A stretch of DNA of 64,000 bases from Caecitellus pseudoparvulus (GCA_965644315.1 CBFFRQ010000068.1:372001-436000); one strand, 5' to 3'; positions 1-14,518 are shown, counted from the stretch's first letter. Translations and numbers: made by a program. Notes: generated by a model from the sequence alone, not told the origin.

Positions 1-19
1 ACCTTGACATTGCGGCGCC

Positions 20-3000
20 ATGTCGCACAGCGACGCTGCAGTGCGGGCAGCTGCCCTCGCCCCAGGCGCGGGGCCTGAAGAGCTCTCCGCCGCCTTCGCG
101 ACGCTGCTTGCCGCGGAAGCCAGTGCCATCGCGCAGCCAGCGCTGGGCCTGCACCCGTCAACGTACGCCCTGCTGGCCGAGCGAGCAGTGAGCGCAGAGG
201 AGTATGGCCTGGCCAAGGCCATCATTGCCAAGTTCATGTTCAAGGAGCCTGCGCGGGACCAGGTGCGTGGCAGGACGGGGCAAGCTGGCGGGTGAAAACG
301 CCCGCCACCTCAATAACCGCAGGTGCACCCGTTGCACCGGCCCGCCGCCGCCGCCGCCGCACTGCCTTGCTGCACCACACTGCCTTGCTGCACGCCCACC
401 CTCGCAGTACTTCGTCCGGGCGCTGTTCATGCGGGGCCTGTGCGAGGTGGACGCAGCTGCGCACGTGACCGGCATCGCGGCCCTCAAAGGCAGCCTGCGG
501 GCCATCAGCAGCATCATGGGTGGGCTGACAGCAGCGCAGGCGCTGGGTGGGCCTTCTCATGCCTTTCTCATTTACAACGCCTCTGTCTTCCATTGGTACG
601 CCATGCGGCCGCTGTTCCGGCCAGGCGCGCACGAATTCGCGCTGCCGTCGCTGCGACGTGTCGTGCGTGCGCTGGAGGCGCTGCCGCCGTCCGACACGCC
701 CTGGCGCCTGCGCAATACGCTCGCCCTCGCCACCGCCCTGGACGCCGCTGGGCTCGTGGAGGAAGCTTCTGCCACTGTGAGTTCCGCACTGGGACTGCTG
801 CGGCACCTGCCACAGGGGGCCGGCCTCGCCGCTGGCCTGCGCACAAGTGCACTGCACTTGGCTGTGCACCTGGGCCGCAGCACGGGCGGCTTGGGTGGGG
901 GGGCCACCAGCGCTGCAGCAGCGGTCAAGGCCGCTGAGGAGGAGGCTGCGGAGGCGGGAGGGGGGGGGCGCGTGGCGGGCGCCGTACAACGCAGCATGCT
1001 GTTGACTCTGCAGGACCTGCGGTCGCGGCACGCGGCTGCGCTGCACCACCACCAGTGGCTGCAGGCGCAGCGGAGTCACGGAGGTGCGGAGGGTGGCACC
1101 ACTGCCGAGTCAGGTGGCGCCACTCGCCGCGGCTCAAAACGCTCCATGCGCTCCACCGGCTCAGCCCGCAGCAAGGGCGACAGCGGCATGGGGGGGAGCG
1201 GGACGGGGGTGGAGGGGGGCCTCACCCCCCTCCACCCCCCTCCGTACCCCCCCCTGACCTGGCGGAGGTGGAGGCCACCCTCACCCGCATCCTGCGCCAG
1301 GTGGACCCCGCCCTCGCCCGCGACTATCTAGCCCGCACCGACCCCGCCGCCAGCGCTGTGTTCTGGGAAGAACAGAAGGGCGCCGCCTTGGCGGGTGTCC
1401 AGAGCGGCGGACGGGGGGGGGGGTCCGACCCCCCCTCCGCCATGCTCCAGGCAGAGGCCCAGGATGCCGCCCTAGCCGCCCTGGCCGCCCCGGGTCCCCC
1501 CCCCGTCCTGGCCGCAGTCGCCCTCGTGGCTGCAGAGAGCGGTCTGGTGGACTTGGCAGGCCTGGTGTTGGCCCGTCTAGAGGGGGGGGGGCAGGCCCTT
1601 GCACCGGGGGATGCGGTGGCCATGGGTTTGGCCCAGGCGGCGCTGCTGAGCGGGGGCGGCGCGGCACCCGCTGAGGCGGTGGAGTGCCTGAAACGCATCA
1701 AGTCAGGGTCAGGCGCAAGCCGCGCCCTGTGTCGGGCCATTGCGCCACCCAGTGGCGGACATGGGCCCATCCTGCCCGCACAAGCCGCCGCCCCAGACGG
1801 AGTGCCGGACGGGGGGGTGGATCCGCACGTGCAGGTGGGGGCGGCATCCGCCCTGGACGCCGCCAAGGCTGGGGAGGCTGTCGACGAGGGTGGGCCCATG
1901 GCCCTCCTCACGTTGCCCCACCAGCACCGCCTGACGCCGGAGCAGGTGCACAGCGTGAACAGCCTCCGCCGCTTCGACGCGTTGGGCGCCCTGGACCGTG
2001 CCTTGGTCGTGGCGGCCCGGGCAAGTTCCGCAGATGCCGTGGAGGAGGTGGTTGTGGCCATGTGGAACACGCTGCTTCCTGTTCTCGGTGGCCCCCTCGC
2101 CCCCCACGCGTTGCGGTACGTGGAGAACGCAGCGGGGGCCCTGGCCACCACCGCCTCCACCGCCTTGCCCCTGCGTGCTGCGTTGCACTGCGAAGCTGCT
2201 GCGTTGCACGAGGCCGCTGGCGCCCTGACGAAGGCGGCGGACCACTTGGCGTCGGCACTGCTGCTGGACTACGGGCGAGTGGCGGCGGGGCTGGAGGGGG
2301 CGGCGTGTGGCGCCATGGGCAGCGGCCTGGGCCCACATGATGACTCGGGGACCCTGGTGCGTTTCGGAGCAGAGGCGCCCACCCTGGCGCTCACGGCGGG
2401 GGGCGAGGTGGAGCACAAGGAGGGGGGGGAGGGGGGGTCTGCTCCCCCCCCTCCCCCCACGGGGTCCGACCTCCTCACTGCCCTGCGAACTCTGGCCGCG
2501 GCGGCGGGGGAGGGGCGGTACCCCAACGTGTACACGGGGGTGGATGCGGTGGGGGGGGATGAGGGGGGGTCGCCCGCCCCCCGCTCCAAGCCCAGCAGTC
2601 GCAAGGGTTCCCCCCGGCCCCAGGACGGGGGTGGGGAGGCGGGGTCCGCTGTGGCCCCAGCTGGGGCGGCGGTGGTGCCGTTGCCGCTGGCGGGGCGGGC
2701 AGGTGGGCCCACCCCTCCGCAGGCCCCGGGTGATGAGGACGCCGACGGCGTCGTGGCCGTGTCGACAGATGGTGAGGACAGCGGGGAGGAGGGGGGTGGA
2801 GGGGGGGGTCCGACACCCCTCCCGCCCGCCCTGCTGGCCGCGGTGACACAGCACATGGGCCTGCTGGATGCGGGGAGTGGGCCCACCCCGCCCTGGCTGG
2901 CGGACGGCACTGCAGATGCGTCCGTGTCTCGTGTCCTGGACCGGCACCTGCTGCCGCGAGCTCAGGTCGTGCGCCTGGCCACGGCAGTGTACGAGAGCGC

Positions 3001-6000
3001 CGAGTCACCGCTGGACATTGCTGCGTTGGCGTTGCACCGCGCGGAAACCGCCAAGTCGCCCTCTGCTGCGTTGCCAGAAGTCAACACCGCGCTCTCTGCG
3101 TTGCAGCAGGCTGCAGCGGGGGCCGAGGCGGCGGGGGGTGGGCCCACCCTTGCGTGGTTGTGCGGAGCTGGCGGGGATGGAGACGCCGACGCGCCCCCCC
3201 TGCACACCCCCCTGCCCCCATACGAAGACCGCCCGTGGGGTGAGGTGGGGGGCGCCCCCCTCCGGCGCATGCACCGCCTATGGGCCAAGCTAGCCCGCGC
3301 CGCACTGGGGGTGGGGCTGCTGGGGGTGGTGCGCCGGGCAGCGCAGGTGCACCGGCGGGTGAGGTGGAACACGGAACACAGTCGTGACGCCGCACTGGAG
3401 CAGGCGGAGGTGGAGTTGGTGTTGGCAGACGCCTTTGCTGCCGTGTTCTGCCACGTGGTGGCTGAGGGCGCTGATGGCGCCGTGATGCGGGGGTGTGCTG
3501 GGCAGCTTACGAGTCTGGGGGAGGGGACCCGGGCGGCGGAGGTACTGCGGCGGGGGGGTGGGCCGGGTGTTCCGCGTTCCGCGCTGACCATCCGCCCCGC
3601 TGAGGTGTTCGCAGCCACGGGGGCAGAGCGGAACAGAGTCAGCCTTGGCGTGGCTTCACGCCCAGGCACAGTGGGCCCAGGGGAGGGGGGTCCCCCCCCC
3701 CTGGACCTCACCCCCGCCCCCCCCTCCTCCCAAGCCCAGGACAGCGCCTTCGACGGCATCGGTCGCCTGCGGCCGTCTGCTGCTGCTGCGTTGCTGCGGG
3801 GGGAGTTGAGCCTGGGCCCAGCCCCCGACGCCGCGACGTGGCGGGGGCAGGCGCTGGGGCGGGCTGTTCTGCCTGGATTTTCTGTTCCGGGCACGCCCCC
3901 CGCCGTGGAGGCTGCGAAGGAGGGCCTGGTGGTGTGTCTCGCCCACGCCATGCGGCGGGGGGTGGCGCTGGGCAGCGCGTGGCTGGTGGACAGTGCCGCT
4001 GTGCGACTGTGGAACACACACCTGGCCGTGTGGCGGGGCGCGGGGGGGGAGGGGGGGGGTGTTCCGGGTGACGCCACCCCCCCCGCGCCTGCCCTGGAGT
4101 CGGGGCTGCCTGCCGAGGGTGATGCGGTGGTGATGGCGGCAGCCCCAGGGGGGGGCGATGCGAGGTACGGCGCCAGTGCGGGGTGTCCCCCCGCCATGTC
4201 GGTCGCACTGCGGCAAGCCCTCGCCCTGGCGACCGTCGCGCTGCCCGCCGTCGGCAGTGCGAACACTGCCCTCATGTGCAAGCTGGCAGAGGCGGGGGCG
4301 GGGGCTGCGGAAGTTGCCGGGTGTTCCGCGCTGGCGTCCGGGGATGAGGGCGGAGCGCGAACAGAGTGGACCCGCGCGGTGGAGCTGGCGAGTCACCCCC
4401 TGCTGGCCACAGTGGGCAGCTTCGTGTGGGGCGGGGGGGGGCGCACCGACGGCGTGGCAGTGGGGCGCACCCCCCTTGCACCCCCCTCCGCGGGGGCCAA
4501 GGAAGGGCGGGGGGGGGCGCCGCACGGCGTGGAGGACCCCCCCCCGCCGGGGGTGCCGAGGGTGGGGGGGGGGCTGGACCCCCCCTGGACCTTCCCACCG
4601 CCCTGTGCATGCCTGGACCGCAAGCCTACGCGCCGGGGGCAGGGTTTGAACCCAGCCCCCCCCCCACCCCCCTGCAAACCCTGCCCCTGCTGGGGGCCAT
4701 GGGTCGCCTGCGACTGCGGCTGGCACTGCTGGGGGGAGGGGGGGCTGACGCGGCCGTGGAGGCTGCCATGGGCGGCTTCACGGAGCTGTCGGTGGATGCG
4801 GCCCAGGCGCTCGTGTCGGGCGGGTCCAGCATGGGGGCGGACATGGTGGAGGGGGGGGTGGATGGGGGGTCCCCCGCCCTGGCCGCCGTGGCCGGGGCCT
4901 TGGCGGCGGCGGAAGCCGCGACGGCCGCCCAGCCCGCCGCGGCGGTGACTCTCGCGGTGGGCCCAGGGGCCGCCCGCATCAAGGCCGCATCAGGCGGCGC
5001 CCTCGGCGGCGGCGACGCCCTGCTGGCACCCCCCCTCACCAGCACCCCCGGCGGGCTCCCCCCCGCCCTGCCCCGTGCAGCGCAGCGCCTGGCCCTGGTG
5101 GGGGCCCTGCGGAATTTGCCCCAGGCGGCCCTGGAGCTGGGGCTGCCGGAACACCTCGTGCGGGGGCTGGGCCTGCCGCAGGGGGCGGCGCCAGGGGGGG
5201 GTGACGGCACTGCCTCCCCCCCCCGCTCCGCACGCAGCAGCAGCAGCAGCAGCAGCAAGAAGGGCGCCCCCACATCCCCCACTGCCCCCAGCCTGGGCAA
5301 AGCAGTGACGAGCTGTGTGGGGGCGTCGGCTGCTGCGTTGGCGCAGCTGGCGGCTGCTGCGTTGGCGCGGGTGCCGCCTGGCTCCTCTCCCGACATTGTG
5401 CTTGCGAGCGTGGGATCAGGAGGAGGGGGGGCTGGCAAGGGGGGGGGTCCAGGGGGGTGCAAGTGGTGCCACCACGCCCAAGAGCAGCAGCGGCGGCGGC
5501 GGCGGCGGCACATCCACCCACGTCGCCGCGGTGAAACGCGCCATCGCCCTGCGCCTGCGGGGGCGCGGAGGGGTGTATGGGGGGGGGTTGGACACCCCTG
5601 CCCCCCGCACAGACACCGCCCTCCTCCTGGCCACCGCCTGCGCTTGGTCCGACGAGGCCCTCGTGCTGGCATCCCAGCTGTGGGCACGTGTGGCGGTCGC
5701 TGCGACGGCGGGGTGGGACCTCGCCCCCGCCGCCCGGGCCGCTGCCGCCGCCCTGTCCCTGGTGCCCGCGGAGCCCGCACGGCAGGCCCAGCTGGGGCGC
5801 GTGGGGGGGGGGGGCTCTGTCTTCACCTGGTGGGCCCTGGCTTGCAAGGCGTGGGGGGAGGCCACTCTCGCCCTCATCCCTGCGAGGGCGGTGGCGTCGG
5901 GGGTGGGCCAGGTGGCGGCCGCCGGAGGGGGGGGGTCCCACGCCCCTCACTCCAGCGGCACCCCCCGATCCAAGACTGGCGGCGGCGGCGGCGGCCGCAG

Positions 6001-9000
6001 CAGCAGCAGCAGCAACACCCCCAAGCGAGGGAAGGGGGGGGGTGCAGGGGGGGGTCTCTCCGCCGGCCTGACGCCGCTGGGCGTGGAGGCGGGCGGCCTG
6101 TCCCGCTCGACAGAGGACTCTGTGCGGGGGCTGGCGGCGTTCAAACTGGTGCAGGGCGCGCAGTGGGCAGCAAGTGCTGGGCATTTGCCCCTGCTCACCT
6201 CCATCCTCGCCACCGCCCAGGCCGGCCTGGCGCCCCTGCTGGGCAACCCTGTCACGCGGGCGTCTGTGCGGGACCACGTGCGGCGCCTGGTGGGGGCGCT
6301 GCGCACGATCTTGGGTCGTGCAGGGGCCGGCCCCCTGCCCCCCCCCACCGCCGCCGTGGCAGGGGACCTGTACCACACCCTCCTCGTCTGCTACGCGGAT
6401 GTGGGGGAGGACGCCCTGGGGCTGGCCGTGGCGGAGGACGCCTTCGCGCTGCTGCCCAAGTCGGAACACGGAAAACTGTGGCCCTCCCGTGTCGTGTTCC
6501 AGGCGCGCCTGGGGCACGACGTCGCGCAGGGGCTGCAGGCGCTGCGACTGCAGATGCAGCGGGGGGAGGGTGGGCCCACCGCCCGTCGCGGGCTGGGGCA
6601 ATCGGACCCCGCCCTCCTGGGGCGCCTGTGGCTGTCCCTGGCGGGGGCGGCATCCGCCCCTGCCGACCAGCTGTCAGCGCTGGTGTCCGCTCTGGAGGTT
6701 ACACAGGGCACCTTTGCCCGGGTGCACGCCTGGCTGGCCCTGGCGGTGTGGGCGGGCAAGTACCGCCTGCCTGCCTCTGAGGCGCGGGATGCGTTGCATG
6801 CGGCGGCCGACATCCTACTTGAGGTCGTGCGTCCGACGGCCGGCGCCCCCCTGGGCGACGACGACGAGGGGGAGGCGGCGGAGGGGGGGGGTGGGGACGC
6901 TGCGTCGTCCATTTGGGACGGCGCCTCCACCAGTCGGGGGGGTAGCGATTTCCGCAACAGGGCGCCGATGAGTCAGCGTGGTGGGCCCACCACCCTGCGC
7001 CTGGGCTCCGTGGCCAGCACAGTCGCCTCGTCCGTCGTGTCGGGGGCAGGCGGCGTGGGGAGCGACTGGCCCGCCCAGGGCGACGTGTCGCACTGCGACC
7101 TGCTGTGTCGCACCTTCACGTCGCTGGCGACGCTGGCCCCCAGTGCGCCCCAGCGCCTGCACTACGCGCGGTCGGCGGTGTACATGGTGGAGATGGTGTG
7201 GGGGATGGGCGCCGCGACGTCAGATCGCGTCGCTGCCGCCCGCCGCTTCGGGGCCATGTCCCCCCCTCAGCGCGCCGCCATCCGCTCCGGCCCAGGGGGG
7301 TACGACTGGTGGGTGGAGGAGCAGGTGGCCGCGGGGGCGCCGCATGCTGTGCCGGCAAGTGGCGATGAGTGGGTGGCCCGCCTGGAGGGGGTGGCTCTGC
7401 ACCCCTGGTGGGGGTGTCTGCCAGCCCCCCCTGCACCCCCCTCCGGGCATGCGGGTGAGGTGGAGGGGGGGGGGTCGGCACCCCCCTGCACCCCCCTCCC
7501 GGACCTCCCTGGCGCGGCGGTGCTGCCCCCCGCCAACATGCCGGGAGGGGAGGGCTGGGTGTTCTTCGTTGAGCCGGAACACGTGCCGGCCGACACCCCC
7601 TCCCCCTTCCGGCCGCCCTCCTCCGCCGACGCGAGTGGGGCGGTGTCCGCTCGGTCGGGGCGGGTCGCTGCGACCACCACCGCCTTCGGCTCAGGCAGGG
7701 CGGGGGTGGGTGCCGTGGGTGACTCTGCCGCCCACAGCACAGGGTGGACCCCCTGGCCTGCGCCCCAGCCCACCCTGCAGGCGGCACACCATGCAGCACT
7801 GGTGGCCAGTTGGCGGGGCGTGCCGCCAGAGCAGGCCAAGTGGGCACCCACCTCCACCGCCCTGGCCCAGCCCACCGCCACACTGCACGCCCTGTTGCAA
7901 TTGGCGGGCATGTTGATGGCTGAGGGGGAGGTGGCGGGTGCGGCGCCGGTGCTGTTGCTGGCGCTGCACGTGGCCGATGGCGTGGTGGGCCGGCGCATTC
8001 CGAATTCCGCAGTGGCCCTCGCGGCGCCGTCCCTGTTCGTGCGATGTGTCATCGTGCAGTGGTGCGACGCCGCCGGACTCCTCACCGCCAGCGCTGTCCT
8101 GCGACGGGCCATCGGGCTGGCCACGGGAGCCCTGCCGGCGAGCCTGCACCCGGCTGCGCAGGTCGCAGCGACCATGCTTGCGACCCAGCCCGACGACGAC
8201 GAGGGCACCGCCAAGGACAAGTCCGCAGGGGGGTCCACCCCACGAGGGAGGGGGGCGGACCCCCCTGCCCTGGTGGTCAGCGCTGACTTGACCCTGCCCC
8301 TGCCAGGCGGCGTTGACTCGGCCACGGCCCGCAACGCAGCAGGTGCCGCCGCAGCAGTGGCGTCAGGGAGTGCGCCGTTGCTGGGAGGGGGTGTGGGGGG
8401 GGGTCCCCCCCCCTCCGAAGTCGCCGCCTTCGAGGGGGAGGTGTCCCTGTGGGAGACCCACAAGGCCCGGGGGGGTGCGGGGGGGGGCTCCTCCGCCCTC
8501 TCCGTCGTGCGGGAGCAAGAGGCGAGGGGGGGTCAGCCCCCCCCCCTCGCCCTGCGCCCCGTCTCCGCCACCTCCTCCGAGATGGACGTGCACTGCCTGT
8601 GGAACGACATCGCCGTGGCCGCGGCGGGCGCCGGCAACGCAGCAGCGGCCGCAGCGTGGCTGGCCCCCGCCACCCGCCACGCCCGCGCCTTCGACGACGC
8701 CGAGTGCCTGGCCCGCGCGGCTGTGCTGCGGGCCGCATGCGACCATGCGGGAGGAAACGCCCTGGCGGCGGTGCGGGGCGCGGCGGCGGCGCTGGCAGCC
8801 TTCACCCGGCACTCGGCGCACGACCTGACATCGCACGCCGACCTCCGCGCCGTGGGCGAGTTGTCGCAGGTGGCGCCCACCCCCCTGGCCAGGGTGGGGG
8901 AGGCGTTTGCGCGGGGCATGTCGGGGCGACCCCCCCTGCACCCCCCTGGCTCAGCCTCTGTGGGGCTGTGGGAGGGGGGCGTCATGCTGCTGGGGGATGC

Positions 9001-12000
9001 GCTGGTGTGGGCGGGACACCGGGGGGAGTGCCTGCCCCTGCTGCAGGTCGCTGCGACCGCCTGCGAGCAGGCCGCCCGCCCCCATGTCCTGGACATGCCC
9101 CGCGCTCTCGGCGCCGCCGCGGTCGCAGGCGACGCCGCCAAGCGCAACGCAGCAGCCCTCGCCAAAGTCATGTCCATGGGCTCAGCAGCAGGCATGGCCC
9201 TGGCCACAGCGGCAGCTGAGGCGGCGGCGGCGGAAGAAGCGGCGGCGGCGGAAGCGGCGGCGGCGGCCGCCAAGGTGCCGCCTGCGCTGACGCTGCCGCC
9301 GGGCGTGTTGCGGAATTTGACGACGCCCCCCCCCGCCGCCCTCGCCCTGGCCACGGGGACCCTGTCCCACGCGCAGGCAGCAGCAGCCCTGGGCTGGGGG
9401 GGCGGCAGGGGGGGTGCATCCGGGAGGGGGGGGTCAGGGGCTGTCGCCGCGGCAGCGGCAGCAGCAGAGGCGGCGGGGGTGGCAGCTGCCGCAGCCGTCG
9501 CACCAGTGCCGATGCCGCCGCCGTCCCCTGCTCACCGGCACGCGCCACTGCCACCCGCCCTGACGCCTGCTGCGGAGGGTGGGCCCACTCCTTCCGCTGC
9601 AGCCGCAGACGCGTCAGGCGGCACAGTGCACCTGGATGCCATGGTAGCTGCGGTGCGCCTGCACTCTGTTCTGGGTGTGTTCCTGGCTGGCGTCGCCTGC
9701 AGCACGCGAAAGGCAGGGTCGGACACCTGGCGCGGCGAGTGGGCCCATGCGTGCGCCCACCACCTCCGCGCCGTCGCCCTGGCCCAAGCCTTCGGCATGC
9801 GGGCGCCACTGGTGCAGGCTTGCCTGGCGTTCGCTGGGGACCTGGTGGGTCTCCCGGGGGGGGATGTCACCTGGCCTGCGGATGCGTGGCGGGGCAGGGC
9901 GGAGGGGGTGACGGCGCGACCTGGCATCGGGCAGCCGGGTGGGCCTGCGACCTGGTCCCTTGCGACCTCTGGGCCCACCACGTTCGCCCATGCAGTCACC
10001 CGTGGGCCCACCACCCGCGCCCTCCTGGCAGCCACCCGCACCCGTGTCGCCGCCCTGGGGGACGCCGTGTCCCTGCTGCGTTTCGCGCTTGACTCCGTCG
10101 CCACGCCGTGGGCAGATGCCACGTCCCTGCCCCTGCGTGGCTCCCGCACCACTCCTGCCGCGGGCATGGTGTTGCAGTTGCAGTGTGCGCTGGCTGACGC
10201 CGTGTTACTGGCCAGTGCAGTGCAGGTGCAGGCGGCCCTGGCGGCGGAGGCTGCGTTGCTGAGTGCAACGCAGCACGACCCGCTGGCCATGTTCTTGCGA
10301 GCGCAGGGGGGCAGTGCGGGTGAAGTGCTGGCCAGCGTGGCAGCGGCGGCGGCGGCGGCGGAGGGGGGGGTGGCAGGGCGAGGAGGGGGGGGGGACCTCA
10401 GCCCCCGTGCCAGGCCCGGGTCCGGATCCACGACACGCCCCCCCCCCCTGCCGGGGATCGAAGGGGGGGCAGGGGGCGGGGAGGAGGATGCCCCCGTGGT
10501 CCTGCGGCCGTCATGGGCCCACCTCGCGGTGGCAGTGGCCCAGGCCGCCTTGGCTGCTGCGGGGCATAGCCCCACCGCCCGCGCACCCGCCCTGGCACGT
10601 GCTGGACTCACGCTTGCCTGGGCGGCCTCTGGTGCGTTGGCAGGGGCGGTGGGGGGGACGTGTGCCGTGCTGGGGGAGGGGGAGGTGCCCCCCCCCCCCA
10701 CAGAGCAGGCCCAGCTGACCCTGGGAGAAGAGGGGGGGGACACCGCCCCCCTGCCCCTGGCGGATGTCGTGTGGTGGCGGCGGGATGTACCCGGCGCACC
10801 CCCCGTCGCTCTGCGCGTGAGGGGGGGTGGCGTCCCCGGGGACACCTCCACCCCCACCTCTGCCGGTGGTGGAGCCAAGGCGTCAGGTCGCAAGAAGGGG
10901 AAGGGGGGGGGGGGCGAGGGGGGGGATGGAGCACCCCCCCTCGTGGTGGTGGGGGCCCCCCTGCCACCCCCACACCTGCGCCGGATCTCGCCCCCGGGGT
11001 GGGTGGACCCCTTGACCCCGGCAGACAGGCGGGGGGAGGGGTGGGCCCAGGGTGAGCCCACCCCTGACGCCCCCCGCCCCGCGACACCCCCGCCCTTCCT
11101 GCCGCTTGTGCAGCAGGCGGCAGAGGCCGCGCGATCTGAGCTCGCAAGTCTGGGTCTCCCCTGGGCTGACTCCCTCACAGCACTGCTGCTGGAGGGCTTG
11201 GACGAACACGGAACAGTGCGGGGTGTTCCGGTCGTGCATGGTGACGAAGGGGGGGTGTTGCTGGACGACGCGATGGGGGGCATGCCACCCCCCCCTCCAC
11301 CCCCCTCCTCCAAGGCCAGCACCCCCAAACGCGGCAAGGGGGGGGGTGGCCCCAAGGATGGACCGCCCCCTGCCCAGGAGGACATGTTCCGGCTCCCCGC
11401 CCACCGTGTTCCGACCGCCATCGACGCCACCGGCACGGCGGCACCCCCGTCCACCCCACTGCCCACCACCCTCACCCTCCTCGCACCCGCGGCCTTGAGC
11501 CAGAACACGCCTGCAGTCGGAACAGGCCTGGCCCACGCTGCCGTTCGCGCTGCAGCCGCCTGCTGTGAGTCAGCCGCGGAGGGGGGGTCAGATGGGGACG
11601 CCGCCCCCTCCACGTCGCGTGTAGACACTGCTGCGTTGTCGGAACAGCTGGGCGGCCTGGTCGCAGCTGCGACCGGCTGCGACCTGCCCCCCGCCACTGC
11701 GACCCTGCCCCGCGAGCTGGTCGCCCACCACACCCGCGCCCTGCACATGCTGCATGCGGCAGTGGCATTCGGAACAGCCCAGGGCGACTGGAACACCGTG
11801 GGGCATGCTGCATGGGGGCTGGTGGAGCTGTACGGCACGCTGGCCCCCACCCGTGCCGCCGCCGCCCTGGCCCTGTGGCAGGGCACCGTCGTGCGCTCCC
11901 GCCTGCTGGGCCTGCTGGTGGAGGCGGGGCGGGATGCGGATGCCAAGACGAATGCCGTGCAGACGGGAGGGGGGGGGGGCGACGCCGTCATGGGGGGGTG

Positions 12001-14518
12001 AGGGGCCCGGCGAACTCACCCTGGCCCTGCGTACCCTGGCCCGGTCCGAGGCCGCGCTGGGGTACGGCCTGCCCTGCCACGGGCACGCGAGTTCGGGGGC
12101 GGGTCCAAATTCCGCAAGTGGACCCGGCGTCGCGCGGGCCCTGGTGGGGTACGGCGGTGCAGGGCTGGCGGATGCGGCGCTGTCCCTGGGGCTCGTGGGG
12201 GGGGGGGGTGCGTCCCCTCCGGGAGGGGGGACCGGCCTGGGCGGTGCTGGCACCGGCCTAGGGTTCCTGACCCCGCCCTCAGCCGGCCGGGGGACCGACC
12301 CCCGCGCCCACGCCGCCCACCGACGCCTCCTGACGCAGCTCTCCCGCACCTGCCTCGCCTACCACATGCTGGACGTATCCCGGCCCTGGCACCACTGCAT
12401 CTCCGCCCTGCCTGCCGGACACCGGGTCCTGGTGGCACAGCGGTCCCCGGACGGCGAGGCGTTGGTGGTGGCGGTGCTGTGGCGCAGGGCGGGCCCAGAG
12501 GAGGGTGACTCGCACGATGGCCTGGATGGGCCCACCTCCCGCGGCCTGGCCAGCGTCGTCCACAGGGTGGCCCTGGACCCCGCCGCACGCCAGGAACTCG
12601 CGCGCCTGGCTGCCGACTGTGCTGCGTTTCGAAACGCATCCCCACGCCAAGTGCAGCCCCTGGACGGCGCGGCGGGGCGGTGGGCCGATGCCTTGGCCGT
12701 AGCACCCCCCACTGCGCCCAGTGCTGAGGGGGTGACGCTGGACCTGGTCAGGGGTGTGACACCAGCGGAGGAGGGGGAGGGGGAGGGGGGTCCGACCCCC
12801 CCCGTCCTGCAGGCGTGCGTGCCCAGCCTGCACCCCCTGACGGCTGGCCCACCCCCCCCCGATGCGGTGGGGGTGGACCCCCTCTCCGGGGCCCCCCTCC
12901 TCCCCTCCCAGCGCGACACCGCCGCCCTGCATGCAGCGGGGGCGGACACGTCCCCCGGCGTGCCCTGCCCCCGCCCCCGCCCCGCTGGAGGGGGGGTGTT
13001 CCCCGCCCCCGGGTCCCCCCTCCCTGACCCCGCCGAGGACACCCTGGCCGCCCTCCTGCGGCGGTGCGGAGCACTCCTGGACCCCGCCCTGGCCGGACCC
13101 AGCGCACCCCACATCCAGGCAGCCCTGGCCGGACCCGCCCCCGTCCTCCTGCTGCTGGACCCCACCCTGGTGGACCTGCCTTGGGAGGGCCTGCCCGTCC
13201 TGGCCCACGCCAGTGCCATTGTGCGGGACTTCTCCCTGGCCTTCCTGGCCAACCGGGCAGCGGCGCAGGCCACGGCGCGGCATGCGGATGGCGTGCGACC
13301 CCCCCTCAGCCTGGCGCCCAGCCCCCCCTCAGCAGGGGCCATGCTGCCGGGGGTGGGCCCACCCCCGGCCGAGGGGGACACGACCCCCCTCGCCATGGAT
13401 GGGCCCACCCCCATCCCCGGATCCAGGGTGTTGTACGTGATGGACCCGCTGGGGGAGGATGCCGTGCCAGGGGCATGGGATGGGGGGGCGGGGTCTCCCC
13501 CACCACCCCCCCCCACACCCCCTCCTCATCCGGCAAGCGCAAGGGAGGGGGGGGCAAGGACAGGGCGAGTCGGGCGCCGTCTGTGGCGTCGGGGGAGGGG
13601 GAGGAGGCGGATGCCACCCTCCCTCCACCCCCCCTGCCCGCCCAGGGCGGACGGCACTCCATCACAGCCCAATTCCACGCCAGCATCCGGCGGCAGCGGG
13701 ACGTGGCGCCATGGGCCGCGGCATGGGCCGGTGTTGCCGGCAGCGCCGCTGCACCCTCCTCCGCCCAGTGGCTGGGCATGCTGACCCGGGGTAAGCTGCA
13801 GGACCTGACCCAGCCCGATGTGGGGGCGGCGGGGGTGGATGTGGGGGGGGATGGCGGGCACTCCGCAGGGGGCAGTGTCCCCCGCAGCGCCCTGCTGTAC
13901 GCTGGGCCCACCCCCCTCATGCAGGTCCTACAGCCTGAGCTGCTGGTGGGCGCTGATGCGCGCGTGACGGGCATGGTGGTGCTGGGTGACCGCACCTGCA
14001 CAGACACCAGCTTCGCCGCTGAGGCGCGCCGGCGCAACGCCCAGGGCCCCGCCCGGCGCGACCTTGCATCGCCCTACGGCACAGCTGCCTTGCTGTCCCT
14101 CGCAGGCGTCGGCGCCGTGGCCTGCCACACCTGGGGTGCTTCCACTGCTGCGGCGGTGCAGTTGCTGGCAGCGGCAGTGCAGGTGCGGGGGGCTGCGGCA
14201 CACGACACGCCGCAGGCGCCGCCCACCTCTCGCCGCAGTCCAAAATCGCCAAAACGGCCCTCTTCCGCTGCATCCCGCGCCTCCCACGCGCCGTCGCCGG
14301 GCGGGGACGTGCAGGGGCTGGCAGGGGCGTACTTGGCTCACAGCCCGTACGTTTCGTTGGCACGTGCACTGCGCGCCGACAGCGGTGCCACTTCCACGGT
14401 GGACGCTGGCACCGCCTCACCCCTGCGCATCACACCCAAGCGACGAGTGCGCTTCAACAATGTCGTGTATGGCCTGCCCACCGTCACCATGGTGCAGGGC
14501 GAGGCGGCGGCGCAGTAG
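20..14518 (+). CDS. CFAP46: Cilia- and flagella-associated protein 46 (TTC40/FAP46), central-pair C1d subunit; ~4,800 aa if frameshifts are corrected
   Basis: Exon 1 20-262, intron 263-407 (GTGCGT..CAG). N-terminal FLIYNASVFHWYAMRPLFRPG..LPSL..WR matches the CFAP46 N-terminus. C-terminal LLLDPTLVDLPWEGLPVL..IVRDFSL, VLYVMDP and FNNVVYGLP match the CFAP46 CHAT/C50-like tail. The reading path runs through ORFs 204, 1055, 4366, 5315, 11754 and 13064, changing frame in G/C homopolymers near 1250, 4570, 5440, 11985 and 13500. Confidence 0.88.
13346..13369. repeat. Perfect 24-bp palindrome GCCGGGGGTGGGCCCACCCCCGGC (longest instance I noticed of a dispersed TGGGCCCA family)
   Basis: Self-complementary, read directly from the sequence. 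More than 30 TGGGCCCA cores occur across the window. Confidence 0.9.

Noticed and set aside
341-393. (CCG)n tract and 16-nt direct repeat CACTGCCTTGCTGCAC x2 in CFAP46 intron 1
   Set aside because: A simple local slippage duplication, with no terminal inverted repeats or other evidence of a mobile intron.
9532-11991. Long antisense and alternate-frame ORFs (this 819-aa ORF, 14519-15967, 36016-40590 and many others)
   Set aside because: These are shadow ORFs, expected from high GC and stop-codon scarcity opposite real genes, and they have no recognisable motifs.
20-14518. CFAP46 as a pseudogene or as several separate genes
   Set aside because: All breaks fall in homopolymers, N- and C-terminal conserved motifs are intact and colinear, and the normally essential TRM6 shows the same kind of break.
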